NCBI RefSeq assembly: GCF_964204645.1
Contig: NC_134029.1
Location: forward strand, 8,706,850 to 8,770,849
Origin: Tubulanus polymorphus
Taxonomy: Eukaryota > Animalia > Nemertea
Direction: 5' to 3'
DNA length: 64,000 nt
The notes below the pieces were generated by a model. The model was not told the origin of the DNA, did not search any database, and saw only the letters and a program-made list of their open reading frames with translations. This document shows, in pieces, positions 25,401-47,071 of the stretch. Made by a program: the position numbers and the translations under genes. Within the stretch, counting starts at the first letter, position 1. Each line of letters opens with the position of its first letter.

Positions 25401-27171
25401 CTGTTTTTACGGTCGACGGCCTCGTCACAATCGGCGCTAATTTTGACCCTACGCAGGGTTTCAGCAAATATTTAAACAGTTTTGACAACGGTTTTTAATC
25501 GTATCTGCGCGCATGTGTGTATTTTAATTAACGATCGGTTGAATGCGGGAGCGCACTTTTTCGCAATTAACCTATACACAGTACGGCGAAACACCCGTTA
25601 AGGCGACGAATCTCGAATTTAATCCCTCGGCTATTGTATTTCTAGACGGTTTCAAATCGAACCAGGTGCGGACACGCAGTTCGTTCCCTCCATTCTTCAA
25701 CGGGTCGAATGTTTGTTTGCAAATATTTAGAAGCGGACTGTTTTCAGAAAGAAATCCACTTCAGTAAATTGTGACTAAGTCTTGGGTGACGAAAATGTAC
25801 AACCGTATTTTTCACTCGAAAAACGACCGTCGAAAGTCATGGGAACTGCGCGCGTAAATACCGACTAATTTCTATTGAAAATTATAAATTGAAAAATTCC
25901 GATCTCAATACGTTGCGGCTTATCGAAAATATATTTGGACGATCTTTTGAAAAATATCCTTGAATCGCATTCAGTATAAGATATCTTTCATTCCTGCGAC
26001 GTTCCGTTTTAGCTTTTATTTCGAAAATCTGAACGCGGGATACGTCCCCGCGGGATCTTTGATAGTATAAAGACTAATATGTATTAAGCTTTCCGACGCT
26101 TTTTGTATTCAGTGGCAATTCCAACAATCAGTCCGGATGCTGTGTAATATGTCTCGGGTGGGCCTATTAGATTTGCCGGCAGGTTCCTCTTAATTATCGG
26201 CGCTGTGCGTGTTTGTGTTCGGAGCCGCGCATTTCCGTCTGCGCGGCTTTGTCTATATACTCGGGGAGAAAGTCTCACTCTATTCACTGTTGAGAAACCG
26301 GTTTACCGGTCGATTACCCCTGTAGCAGGACCCAGTTACCTTAGACTAAATTAGTAATTGGACTAATTCTTGCCGAATTCCTCGATTTTGAATGTGTCGT
26401 CACCGGTTGGCCGCCTGTGGCTGCTGCGGTTTGTGTGTATTGACACAAATGCCGCACAATGGGATTAGGCCTCGGCATCTTATTCGAACAGATATCAACA
26501 CGTTATTGTACAATTTCGTAACGGATGAAATGGTAATCTTCAAAATCTACTGAATAATAGCGAGTATTTCGATATATTAGCATAGGCCCGAAGGTTTTGA
26601 AGACTCAGAATCCGAAGTTGTTCGCCGTGTTTGATGTGTCCATCTCCCACGTTGCCCTACAATGATTAGTTTTTCTCTGAATGAATGAAGGCGCTGTGCA
26701 CAGTTTGCTGGAAAATGTAGATGGCTGTCGAAATACGAAATCCTCACTGAATGAATTTATCAAAATGGGTCTAGATGTATATAGATCCCTCCAATAGTAT
26801 AGTATATTGTAAATATTATGTTGTAAATAACGTTTGTTACGTTTCAAGATACTATCATTTTCTGTTTCTTTTGTAATTATTTAAATACTCATTTTCCCCC
26901 ATATACCATGGAAATGGTTGGGGATGTAAATAAATTCATTATTCGGCTCAACGCCGTTAGCTAGCCACCATTTCGTGCGACCTTATTTCAAGCTCGTTAG
27001 CTTAACCACAGATAAGCCACTTACCGCGGTTAGACGGGGTTTCCCTGCGCCCGCCCCAGTGTTTCAATTAAATCAAGGGTTATGACCTATCGTCGAGTAA
27101 AGTGGTCGAAGGAAAAAAAGGCCAAAAAAGCTCGCGTAACAATTCGTTTTAATAGAAGAACTATAGTCCAA

Positions 27172-27177
27172 TTTATT
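27172..27177 (-). terminator. Candidate polyadenylation signal of ovo (implies ~1.95 kb 3'UTR)
   Basis: AATAAA on the - strand followed by T-rich sequence. Other sites such as ~27973 are possible. Confidence 0.4.
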
Positions 27178-27286
27178 TTAAAGTAGGTACATTTATATCA
27201 TATACAAAATTATACCAGTTGTATGTACGAGAATATTGCACCGAAATTCCCTTGAATCTTAAACATCGTAAAAATCAGCTGGCGAT

Positions 27287-27287
<1 letters not shown>

Positions 27288-27317
<30 letters not shown>

Positions 27318-27330
27318 CTATATATATATA
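27288..27330. repeat. (TA)n microsatellite
   Basis: Seen directly. Confidence 0.9.
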
Positions 27331-29125
27331 AATTTACAGGAAATCATCGCAGTATAAGAATTGCATAGTTCTACTTGAGATAATGAAACATGTTCTTCGT
27401 GTGTATACGCTCTTATAAACAGCCCGGACGCGCGCACGTTGTGTCCACACACTTCGATAACGACGCCGGTAAAGATAACAAAAAATCAATATGAAAACAG
27501 GTTTCCTGAAAAAAAGAAACATAATTATTATAAAAAACGCAACCGTTATAACCATGGTATATATATGAAATCATCACGAAGTACACACACAAAAACGAGG
27601 ACAATATTCCCGAATTGGGAATGATATGCTTTGCAAGGAGAAGGCGTGATACGTGAACAAGTATAAGATCTATTTGAATCTAGAATTAACAGCGCGTTGT
27701 TAATATTCAGCGGTGTATTTTCTACACAAAACGCGCTTCAACATTTGTAGAACTCCGCCCTTCAAAAGTACACGATGAATCGTGAAATGTTGTCCGTCGA
27801 CTCCAATCGTCTGCGAATTCCAATCGACGAAACTTCCACTCTTACGTTTTATCGATCCATAAACGAATATAGTAACATTGGGTGATACATCGGAAGTTGA
27901 CAGATTGGAGGTCGACAAATGATGAAGTTGACAGATAGGAAATCGCGCATCACCATTACAATTACAACGCACTTTATTCCAGTGGTTTTTTTATCCGTAA
28001 TGTAACAAATTCGTTACTCTTAAAAAAAGCACAGCAAGACATAATGATATGATTTTGAGTTTTATAAAGTTTATCCACTGGCATCTTTGAAATACTAGAT
28101 ACAATATGTATAAAATTCAGGAATTCACGATGCCTTTCGAAATGCAAAATCTGGTCGCGACAAAATCAAAAACATAATCATCATAGTCGGACTTCGGTAA
28201 GCACTTGAAAAACGCTGAATAATCATTTTCATATAGTCATTTCGCAAACGACTGAGATAAAACTGTAATACAGTCGGAATAACAGAATACTCTCAAACTC
28301 TATCCCAAATTAATGCGACACGCCATAGCAGCCTGATCAGGTATATACTGGCATCTTGAGGAGATTATCGATTCTCCTGTCAAACATCACTTTGATATTT
28401 GATTCAATTTAGAACCGCGTGTAGGTTAGTGTTTCAAAATTTCGAGTCGATTAAGCAATATTTTTCTAGTTGGACAATTTCTTAATGAACATCGATACAG
28501 AAAATCGTAAATTCGTCGCTATTGAATGCGCCCGATTGTGTAAGACGATGAAACGCCCTTAGAATAGTTCACTTAATTTTTTTCTATGGAAAACACCCAT
28601 TTTCTGTACACACAAACATCGAAGCTCGTTGAGACATCCCCCGAGGCCTGGCGAGAAATACTTGATTATAACCGTTATTACTTGACGCGTCAGTAATTGT
28701 TGTTGCACATTTTTGGAAGACGTTGTTTTGTCATTCGTAGCCAAAGTAATTGTGTCGTCGACTCGAATAGAAAAAAAATCTCTCCTTTTTTTCATTCTCA
28801 CAATTTAGGTAGAATTACGACCAGAATAACGAGAAAATAATAAAGTGCGATATATTTCATCTATACGGTATCTGATAATCAACATACAAGCCCCGAATAT
28901 CAACTGCCAAGGCAGTATCATCCTGAATATGCTGGCGTTGACTATGGTTAGTACCGGTAACTGAAACCCAATAATTGGTAACAATGATTAGGTAATAAAT
29001 TCCATTAAACCGCCGAAAACATTCAGATATGTACGTAATTCTTTATGAAAGTTCTTTATCGATGGATCGATCGATATCTCAGCAGGAATGTTAAGTTTGC
29101 TTTAACGACAGAGTGTGTACGTGTA

Positions 29126-36784
<7,659 letters not shown>

Positions 36785-36896
36785 CTTAAATCCACTTGAG
36801 TAAATCTTAATCCGTTTATACGCGATTACGAGAGCTCGGTGCTTACTTGAGACGAGTGAAAGTAGTATATGATTGTCTATTAGCCGAGTTGGCCCC

Positions 36897-36905
36897 ATTT
36901 ATATA
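36897..36905 (-). promoter_or_regulatory. Candidate TATA box of ovo
   Basis: TATATAAAT on the - strand, ~115 nt upstream of the ATG at 36784. Confidence 0.55.
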
Positions 36906-39900
36906 GGACCCACCGGGCTATTATCTCCGCCAAATGCCAGTCACCGAGATCAGCAAACCGTAACCCTAATTGCGCATGCGCTCAATGGCACATCGGCTAA
37001 CGGGGGGCTGGCCGAAAACCCACGGAACCCGTTTCAATGTGGATTATTGTCTATGGCGTGTAGTTGAGTTGATCGGCGTGCACCAATCGAAGTTTGCTGA
37101 AAGTTAATTGTTGTTTGTGCGTTGTTCGCTATAACACCGCGCGGGCTTTAATTATCTCAAAAACAAATCTCGACAAAAGAATCATTTAACCATACTCGAA
37201 CAAACATATACACGAATTAGGCGGAATATTGTGCGCGCTAGAACAGCGGGGCAAAAATGCTGTTGTTCACGCTATCGAGTGCGAGTATTTTTTCCAGAAT
37301 GTTTCCGATATGCTTTCTATTATACGCAGATATTTTTGTACCTGTAAATACTGTAGTATAAAGACGTATTTTGGTTCCTTTCACGTTACGTATTGACTGT
37401 TCTTTAATTTGCAACTGTTTGTACTTTTATTTGCAACAATTTCATTCACTATAAAATGAATGTTGGATGGGCATTTCTATCGTTCAAATATCAAGATCTC
37501 CTTAAATAGATATAGATATAGGCGTAGCAATACATCTGAGAAATTATCGTTTAAGCGACCTCACCGTACATACGTTTCGTATGACAAATTCATAACCTGA
37601 TTTTCTTAAATTTTATAACGTCTAGTGATCAATTTGGAAACAGATTTGTGAGCGAATATAAGATAATTCTTAATGCTAAATGAAATTAAAGATTAATTCA
37701 AAGATCGATTTTTATATGTAGATGTGTACTTGAACTTCAAAACGTGGTTAAGATGACCGTTGAGAAATGAGAAAAACATTCAATCATTTCAATCTTACTG
37801 TGAAGGAAAGCAAGAACATGATATAAATAATAAACGAATATTATGCAATTTTTACACTGAATACATCTGAATAAAGATGTTTTTTTTCTAATATAAGCAT
37901 TATTTCCTTTATTTTTACCGCCGAAGCCTTCGTCACCAGGAGTCATCTATTGAATTGAAAACTCTTCTATCTCGAGGCGTTCTTCGCACGGAACCCACAG
38001 AGGTCACCAGTGAAAGTTTGTCGACTCTAATTGGCGTGATGCTTTTCGGCGTATGTAGGTTAGGTTCACCGAGACTCTTCCCGTGAATTCAAACTCTCCG
38101 TTTTCATCCGGGATATTGAAAACCAGCAGAACAAGTTTGGTTTCGTGCATCCTCTCCATCGTATCCCGTAGCGCCCATAGTAACCGCCATTATTTTGAGA
38201 AAATCAACTCGTCCAGTTTATAAGTTGTCTACAATTTTTTGGACAATTTGTTTGGCAAAAGTGTTTTCAAAATATCAAGTGACGCACGACGCTTTGAATG
38301 GCTTCCATAAAAAAATACAAATTCCCGATGTATTTGATTTCGAGAGCTAGAAATATATCTCTAATTTCATTGAGCCGCAACACAAGCATCCGATTCATGC
38401 AGTTACACAGATTCTTCAAAACACTTTAGAGGCTTTGAATTTGAAGATTGATTTGTAGCTGGATGAAATCAGAGTCATACACCAAGTTCCCCTGAATAAT
38501 TTTAAATGTTTGAATCACTAAAGAAAGTCATAAGTTTTTTAAAAGAAATAAGATAAGATAGGATGGATAGGTCCCCAACATGTATTAGTTGGGAGAACCA
38601 CGAATATTCATTGAAATCATTGCGTTGTGAAATAGTAAAAAAGAAAAAAATGTCTATTAGATATCAGGCCTGATACAACCGTGGATGCATGAAATACAGC
38701 AATATAATACGATGTTTCATGGACACATGAAGGTCCATGAAACGTATCTGGACCTCTATGAGAGACCACGATAAGGTAGCGATATCTTAAAGCATATAGA
38801 TCATTAATATTTGGATTCAAATCTTTTTATATTTGATGGATTTTACTCCAATATTGAAGGTAATTATTGTATTTCTTTACATGGTATTGTCATATTTTGT
38901 TCCCTGCGTTTTTATCCCGGTAGTAAAACTCTAACTTTCTACCTATGCTCTAATTCATTAGAACACTTCGTAATCGACTACGTGAAATACTTGTTTGGTC
39001 ATTAGTTTTCAAGACGTTAAGTGTTTTCAGAGTAATTCGGTAATTTCGAATAACGTGAATTAGTCTACTGTATACGCGGAGGTTTGACATCTGAATGTTT
39101 GACACTTTCTCAATTAAATACGGGGAGAATTACTCGCATAGAGAGCGGAAAAATGAATTCGAAGAAATCGAATCCACTACGAGAAAATTGGCCGAGTAGA
39201 GAACTATAAGACGGATGTGCGAATGACTGATAAGGGTGACAGCCTATCGCGGGCTCAGCGTGCGACGCATTGGAAACCATAAACTTAAATGGGTGCTATA
39301 CTATCAACCACGGCGTCAATAGATCATAAAAATTAAACATTCATCCCTCGTTAAATGCTTCATCCGGGAAATATCGGCTTTCAAGGCGTGCAGATTAAGA
39401 CGTCACCGCGGATAGCAATTAACTTTCCATTTGATCGGCTCCTATTTCAAAACCAGACTTTGATAATAATAGCGCGAAACGACGTTCGTATTAACATGGT
39501 CTTTAAAACGAAGAAGAACGGAAAACTGACTGATAACGCTGGTACATTAGAGCTCGGCTGGTGATGCCTTAGTTTATTATCCGATTTATGATGGCAGCGA
39601 AACGGTCGCCCGACCCCGACTCCTTGTTAACGTATATATACGACTTGCAATTGACACGTAAGTGCAATTAAACATAAAAACACGGACAAAGGCTCAAATT
39701 ACCTGGGAAAATTCATTTACGATTCACCCGTTGCGTGAACAGTTTTTCTCGATAACCACCGTTTCTCAGGCTATAGGCCCAATTGAGCTGTCGCCCTGAG
39801 CTATAGAAAAGAAAAAACACACACAACGAAATGAGCCCCCAAATTATCTTATAGCGCGTAAGTAATCGCCGGCCTTTTATTCAGACGTCTCTACAGAAAA

Positions 39901-40373
39901 AGACGGCGAGAAGTTACAAAGATCGTATTTTGGTGTTTTTGATTGTCAAACACTTGAGTTAATAGACTTTTGCTTGGCGTGATAGATTATATATGATTTG
40001 CCCGAGGCACGACGCCCCTACCGTGTAATTACGACCGCTCGGCACTAAATACGAAGCCGTCAATATATTCACTTTTCAAACGCGCAGAGAATGATGTCAA
40101 AAGTTGCCGGTGAAAGGAAAGGTGTTTGTGAACGATTCAAACAGATGGTTAATGTGACAATTTCTCACGAAGACATGTATCATCATTATTGTATGGTAAC
40201 CATTCAGAATCGGATGCATACATCACTGATACAATGTAAATATATTTATATATTGTATATGTGTGAATGGAGTTGAAAAGAAACGAGAAAACAGCGAAAT
40301 AATAATGAAAATAACAATAAAATAACAATTACTCTACAGTTGCTTATCAAATCAACTGAGGGTGTATCACACT

Positions 40374-41002
40374 CGGTTAGCGGTAAAAATCCCTCAGGTA
40401 AAAATCTCCTGGGTAAAAAGCCTCTCGGTAAAATCCCCTCCTCAAAAATCCGGGATTCTTAAAGTAGTTAAAAATCCCCCACCTTTTAGAGCGCGAGTCG
40501 ATACAATCTTAAGGTAAATGTATTCATATTGATATGTTTATATGTATTCATATGGGACTGTACGGTATAAAAAAGGAATATCATGAGCATACAACTTATT
40601 TTGCAGTTTGAATTCGAAAATACAACAAATTAACGGTTCATTAATACTATAAGTTGATACTAAAAGTTATCGCACGGCTCAATTATCAGTAACTTGATTC
40701 TTAAAAATTTCAAATTGAAAGTTCTGTATTTCAAATAATTTATCGCATCGCACAGCGAAATATACCACAAGCTAAACAGAGTTCACAATTCAAAATATTA
40801 CCGTACAAGTAAAAAGTTCATTTATTCTATTAGTTCTAACAATTCATTCAATTCTAATCTATTTGAGAATTTGAGAATTAATCGCAACGAGAGAGTTCAT
40901 AGCACGGTTCAGATACATTGTAATTCTATTGCAAATGAATAGAATCGGAGAAATATCCTGCTTTCAAATGTTCACGAAAAAGCGGTGATTTTTACCCACT
41001 TA
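40374..41002. mobile_element. Degenerate DNA-transposon remnant with ggtaaaaatcc subterminal repeats
   Basis: Four or five ggtaaaaatccc-like units at 40382-40480 and an inverted gattttttaccc at ~40990. Confidence 0.4.
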
Positions 41003-41070
41003 GATGATTTTGGGGAAGACAACTTATAAAAGAAAAAATGGATTCACAAAATTTTATTTTAGTGGAATAG

Positions 41071-41409
41071 GACCCATCCCAAAATACCTCCGCCCAAAAT
41101 ACCTCCACCATAGTATCTCCAAACGTTCCCAAAATAACCTCATCTACACAGTTTTAATAAACACTTTCGATCTTGATTGAAAAATTAGCAATTTGTGGCT
41201 GGCCTATTAAGTAAAATAAAATGCAATGTATCTAATCTACTTGTCATATTTGACATGGTAATCATCTCTCTGCTGGACAAGGCCGCAAAAACATATCTAT
41301 CATCTAAACTATCATTAATACATAGGTATTTCCTCTGGAGGTATCATTTGGCATGTTTGGCGGTATTTTGGATAGAGGTATTTTCGGCAGAGGTATTCTG
41401 GGCGCACTC
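41071..41409. mobile_element. MITE with inverted subterminal repeats
   Basis: Left ccaaaatacctc units are inverted to right gaggtattttgg/gaggtattctgg units. Confidence 0.65.
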
Positions 41410-41524
41410 AGAGGAACATCACAAAATTTCAATTTATTGCAGGGATGAATTGGCGAAATGATGATAATGATGATATTCCACAATTATAAATTCCTATTGT
41501 AGGCCTATACATACAGCCGAATAC

Positions 41525-41744
<220 letters not shown>

Positions 41745-44700
41745 AACGTAACGAAAAATACACTATAAACATACATGTATTGCATAAAATGCAAGCGTTT
41801 TTATAGTGCTTTATTCTACGAACGGAGCAGAAATTCTTTCGCAATATTTGCTCGTGCCATTTTCAACGTTGTTAATAAAACAAACAGTTTATTGAATAAT
41901 TTGCATAAATCGACATTTCTAAGTATACTTATATCAGCGGGACAATGAAGTTATTAATTCATTCGCTCGATGTCATCTAGAATATATATGCTACATTTAC
42001 CCCTGTAGAAACGTCGTGTCACCAAACTGCAACCTGAGTGCAATTTAGGCAACAACAATTTTCAGCTAAATTAGTGTATGTATTTAACTGCGTTTGTGAA
42101 CGCGATTTAAAAATTTATAGGGATGGATATAACGCAACGGTTGATTTCATTGAGTCATTATAAAGATTTGTCTTAATCAAAACAGTTTGTGCAAACCGTT
42201 AATTTATTCCTCTGAGAAAACTCTCAAAATGCACGGTTCGACAATTAATCTAATGTTCGATAATTCATCTATTTCGGCCCGACTGTCAATGATATATCAG
42301 CTTGTTCCGATTAATTATCCGTAATTGAATAGGCAGTAATCAGTAATTGGATTTCCTATATTAATTCGTTGTATCGTTTCTTTATCAAACGCTGCGGGAA
42401 CTGGAAATTAATCGATACACGACCGACTGGTTATAGATTCATAAAAATATGGTATCAAGCAGGTGGTTATTGTTCATCGATATTAGAAACACCAGGTCGC
42501 CCTCTTGCTGTTCAGGTCGCACGTCCAAAGCGTTGTAAACAGTTTTTGTTCGTTCATCTAGTCCAGAGATAAATCGTCTCCAGTTCTAACTGGGCCGATA
42601 ATAGATGTACCAGACTGGCGGATACTACCGTCTGGCTGGTGTTGACACCTCGACCGGTCGCTCGCGCTAATTCTCAATTCGTGTACCGGATGATCAAGCC
42701 CGCTAACACATTTGATACAATAGGTTTCTGTTATCGCGCGCGACGCAATTTACGATTCAAGCAAAACGACCGTCAGACGATCGGAAGGTCCTATAATAAA
42801 TGCGCTGTTTCAACGTGTGACGTATCGCACGCAGGGGTTTATTCAACGTTGACCGCGGCGATCGATAAAACTACAGCGCTCGTAAAGTCTCTAATGACTG
42901 CGATTCAAACTCAGAAGGTTTTTATCGCAATGTAAATATTTACAACATTTTTTTCTCACCCCCGTACATGTGATTGAAGCACGTTGTATTTCCCAATTCG
43001 TACACGATGAGCTTATCGTGGAAAATGTTCAAAGTTCTCGGCGATATTTGACTTAACATTCGAAGTGTTCGACCCATATTGAGGTTGTTTAAAGAGGGGA
43101 CTCTTCTCGCATAAATCAAATAACTACCGGATGAGTGTCACTCTAAGCAGACTGTAGGCGCGGTTCAAGATGTAAATTCTGCGACGAAAAATCACTTTTT
43201 TATGCGCGGCATCACCGGCCAGCTGTTGACAATACGTTGAGATCGTTCGTTTATTTGCGTTGAGAAAATCAAATATTTTGAAACCGATTTCCACGCGACG
43301 ACGATCGCGAACGCTGTGGTGGAAATCATCATCAGCCCGACTACGCGCGCGTGTCCCGGCGGATTATTTATTACTCGATCGCGCGATTATACGGGAAATG
43401 AATGATTTCTGATTGGAATTTCATGCAGGCGCGATAGTGGTATACGCTATCGAACGAAAACAGACTCGCACCGGGACTGGAATCAATATTGTGAGGCGAG
43501 CAATTGCCGTCCATGGGATTTCATTACAAATGACTACATGTTTTAACCATCGCCTGGTCAGCTCGATAGTCCACGTATGAAACAGGTAACCCTACTCGCT
43601 TAGAAGAAATAATTTGCCATTTGCATTTCGCAAACACGTTACTTACACGCTCGTACAGGCTTAATGATATACAGCGCAATCGGCTTTGCTTATCATCCAT
43701 CTGGAACGGCCCTTTCTGCGACGGACAACACTTATCACACTTCGGAAAGGGAGCCTCCGAGATCAGGTAATACACGTGAACACATTGCATGAAAAATTGC
43801 CGGGGACATGCTTGAAAAATCATTATATATGTACTTCTTCTGAACAAATTTTTTTGAAAAAGTACGTTCTAATATCGGCATTTCACGGATTATTGTATTG
43901 ATGGGGTCAGATAGAAAATTGGTGTAACATAATATCAGGCATTTGACACCAATTTCCATCAATTTCATATCATATTTCGACGAGGACAAAATCAGTAGAT
44001 AAAATATTGCTTATTTCAGTCGACAGTCTGGAGGATAGGGACCTACGTATGCTGCTAATTTCAATGGTATTTGGAATTCAGAGTATTTTAATCGATTTGG
44101 TGGTCACTGGAAGCCGGACTCGGATATGGGGTTTCAGAGAACGACTTAACAACCTTAATGAAACCCTAATTCGCGATGCTCTACCATAGAATATTCCTTT
44201 TGATTAATGGATGGTCCTTACAGCGTTTTGAAGTTAACTTCGAAATGCATAGACATCGTATAGACACAGATGATAAGCAAATCACGTTCGAACAAATGAA
44301 CTCCGATGAACGAATGTAGATTTTTTATATGCCAAATTCTCTTGGTATTTCATATATAATCGGCACTCAGGTAGTTGGCTAGGGCGGGATAATCGTCAAT
44401 TAAAACTCGAGAAAAATGATGAAAGTTTAATATTTACTTGTATGTAATATATTCTCTAGGGTAAGTGACGGGAAGTGACAATCAACGCGCCGACTATTAT
44501 ATCAGCGTGTTTGCGCTGGAGCCGATTACTGCCGTTCTATGCATATCGGATGAAGATGCAGATATTCACAAAGACACCTCGACGACGGGAAAGAGACCAG
44601 CGATGATGGGCTTTTGATGTGTTACAGCAAATCGAATGATGAACGCGTCGGCGTTGTTTGACAGTCCGATTGAGAACATAAATCATCTCGATGAACGTTA

Positions 44701-45051
44701 GCGTTGCTCTTCTGGATTCTAAAACGACTAACGGCTATAAAAACGAGCTTTTTTGAATGTGAATCTTTCAATTAAACGAGGCTAAATACGATATATTTCC
44801 TATAGAATTACATCAATGGGCGCGTGATAAAAGCTGTCATCGTTATTCGCTATACGTTTTGAGTTGGTTGATTATCGATTAAAATTCTTAAGTAACGGAG
44901 ACGCCGGTGTGATGCCGATCCTTTCGATTTATGACGGAACCACGCGAGCGTGGTGGAAGGAAACCATAATCGTTTCATTTGGATATTCTATAGAATTATT
45001 TGGAGACGCGCATGATACAACCCAGGATCACTCGCGTAAAAAGCGACAAAT

Positions 45052-46212
45052 ATGAACACGAATAAGGCGATGTTGAGGGTAACGGGCGTGTGCGTTGCTA
45101 TTGGGATGTGGCTTTCAATAGCGGACGGAACTAGAGGCGTCGTTGCTAAGATCAAATTGACGAACATCTACGTTTCGCTGGCCGATAACGAAACGAAGGG
45201 AAATCTGACGACGATAGTTGAAACCTACACGAAACGCTTTCACCGGTTCGTTTACCCTGTCATCTGGATGATCGGCATCGGTTGTAATTCGTTGTGTCTA
45301 ATCGTCTGGTCGCAGAGAATCATGCAGAATTCGACCGCCTGCTATTTCCAGGCTATTGCCGTCACCGATATGACGATATTGACTCTTTACCTGTTGCACT
45401 CTCTGGAATACGGCTATAGCCTACAAACGATCAATTATCCCGGTTTGTGTAAAGTCTATAACGTATTGATAGTCGGCGGGCAATATTTCAGCGTGCAGCT
45501 AGTTTTCGCGATGATGACCGATCGCTTCTTGTTGGTATGGTTTCCGTTGCGGAGGTTCAACAATTCGGTGAAAAGGACGCGTAGGATAATAGCCTTATTG
45601 TCACTCGGTTCGATTGCCTGCGCGACTATGGAGATCTTTCGTTGGAGTTACAACCCGCTTGATATTCACTGTGCGATGGAATGGCAAATTCACAACGGCT
45701 ATTTATCGAATTTTGCCATCGCGAATCTATGCATGCTTTGCTTGTGCAGTACCCTTCCGATTGTCGCGGCTGTCATAATCAATTTCATGATCGTCTACAA
45801 AATACGAAAGACGGCGAAAACTCGTCAGGAATTCACCGAATCGAGAATAGAATCGACGCCGACTTTGACGTTGCTCGGCGTCTCCACGTATTTCATCGTC
45901 AGCGAATGCTTCGGTTTGCTGTCGTACGTCTTACCTTTCGCCATTCCGCCTGACGACGACGTTTCGATGGAACCGCGTGACCGACAGTACGATGGCGATT
46001 GGTTGATCTACCAACGGTTCCTGATAGCGAATCTAGCGATCGAAATCTTCTGGTTGACAAGTTATGCCATTAATTTGTACGTGTTTTCGATGTCCGGAGA
46101 GCGATTTCGAAACGCGCTGAAAATTTGGTTCGCTCGGCTCGTCTTCCAGACCGATAAAACGCCCGGAAATCATTCGCCGATTGAATTGATCTCATCTGGT
46201 ACATCCCATTAA
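45052..46212 (+). CDS. Intronless rhodopsin-family GPCR (FMRFamide/sex-peptide-receptor-like peptide GPCR group), 386 aa
   Basis: Single ORF with 7 hydrophobic segments, GIGCNSL (TM1), YFQAIAVTD (TM2), TDRF..VWFPL (TM3), YAINLYVFSMSGERFR (TM7/H8). An extra hydrophobic N-terminus resembles a signal peptide. AATAAA overlaps the stop codon. Confidence 0.88.
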   Translation: MNTNKAMLRVTGVCVAIGMWLSIADGTRGVVAKIKLTNIYVSLADNETKGNLTTIVETYTKRFHRFVYPVIWMIGIGCNSLCLIVWSQRIMQNSTACYFQAIAVTDMTILTLYLLHSLEYGYSLQTINYPGLCKVYNVLIVGGQYFSVQLVFAMMTDRFLLVWFPLRRFNNSVKRTRRIIALLSLGSIACATMEIFRWSYNPLDIHCAMEWQIHNGYLSNFAIANLCMLCLCSTLPIVAAVIINFMIVYKIRKTAKTRQEFTESRIESTPTLTLLGVSTYFIVSECFGLLSYVLPFAIPPDDDVSMEPRDRQYDGDWLIYQRFLIANLAIEIFWLTSYAINLYVFSMSGERFRNALKIWFARLVFQTDKTPGNHSPIELISSGTSH

Positions 46213-46522
46213 TAAAGACTTCTCTGAAGTCGGCTCTTTTGTGATCGTATGTGTCCGACCTGAGCGATATCCGAGTTGGATGTTTTGTATTTCATACATA
46301 CGTATTGTCAGAAAAATATTTCAAAAGACATCCGAGTTGATCGAATCCGACTCGGTCGGAGTCAACCGTACGCGGAATAGCGTTGGGCTACCGATCAAGC
46401 CCATAACGCACACGACGCAGGGAATCGCTTTTAAACACGGAATCAAACATGTTTCATCTCGGAAACATTGCTTCCCGAACCCGCGTTTCTCGTTTCTCGT
46501 AGACGCACACGGCACAGCTCAG

Positions 46523-46781
46523 CTGGGGCGGATCAAGGGTGTGATTCAGGGAGGCGTGCATCCCTAAATTAGGGCATATCATCTATTATCAAAAGGGCAT
46601 CCGATCATCGGCAAACATTACCTCATTCTGGAAGTACAGGAACATGCTTTTGAATTCACACTTTATAGTATCAGTTGATATTCTATAGTTGATATGTTCA
46701 ATTTCCCCTTAAAATTTCAGGGCAACTTGAAATTTAAAGAGGGGGTGGTGCACCCCTGTTCTCTCCCCGGATCCGCCCCTA
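46523..46781. mobile_element. MITE, GGGGCGGATC TIR, 5-bp TSD (CTCAG)
   Basis: TIRs CTGGGGCGGATC / GATCCGCCCCTA; CTCAG at 46518-46522 and 46782-46786. Confidence 0.75.
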
Positions 46782-46930
46782 CTCAGAAACATGTTTACAT
46801 CTTCTGTTTCCGTGTGCGTCGTGCGCGTTGCGCTTTACGCTGCCGCGGAAATCGAATATCCCGCTTGTTACAAGCGATGATCTACCTCGTTTGCTATAAG
46901 TAATCGATTTCTTTGAATCATACAGCAACT

Positions 46931-47071
46931 TATGTGAGCCCCTAAGTGACATACGAGATAATTTTTTATTAATTTCGACTTAATATATCGAAATTCGACT
47001 TATTATATCGAAATTCGACTTTTTATGTCGAACGTGTGAAAAATCTCGTATGTCACCAAGGGGCTTCCGTA
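46931..47071. mobile_element. MITE, ~29-bp TIR with internal 21-bp tandem repeats
   Basis: TIRs agcccctaagtgacatacgagat / atctcgtatgtcaccaaggggct; same family as 1-184. Confidence 0.85.

Noticed and set aside
36785-36898. N-terminal extension of Ovo from the ATG at 36898
   Set aside because: That ATG overlaps the candidate TATA box and is probably upstream of the transcription start.
43286-43332. Hairpin GATTTCCAC...GTGGAAATC next to a - strand CTGATGA
   Set aside because: No GAAA after the stem; only a 9-bp inverted repeat.
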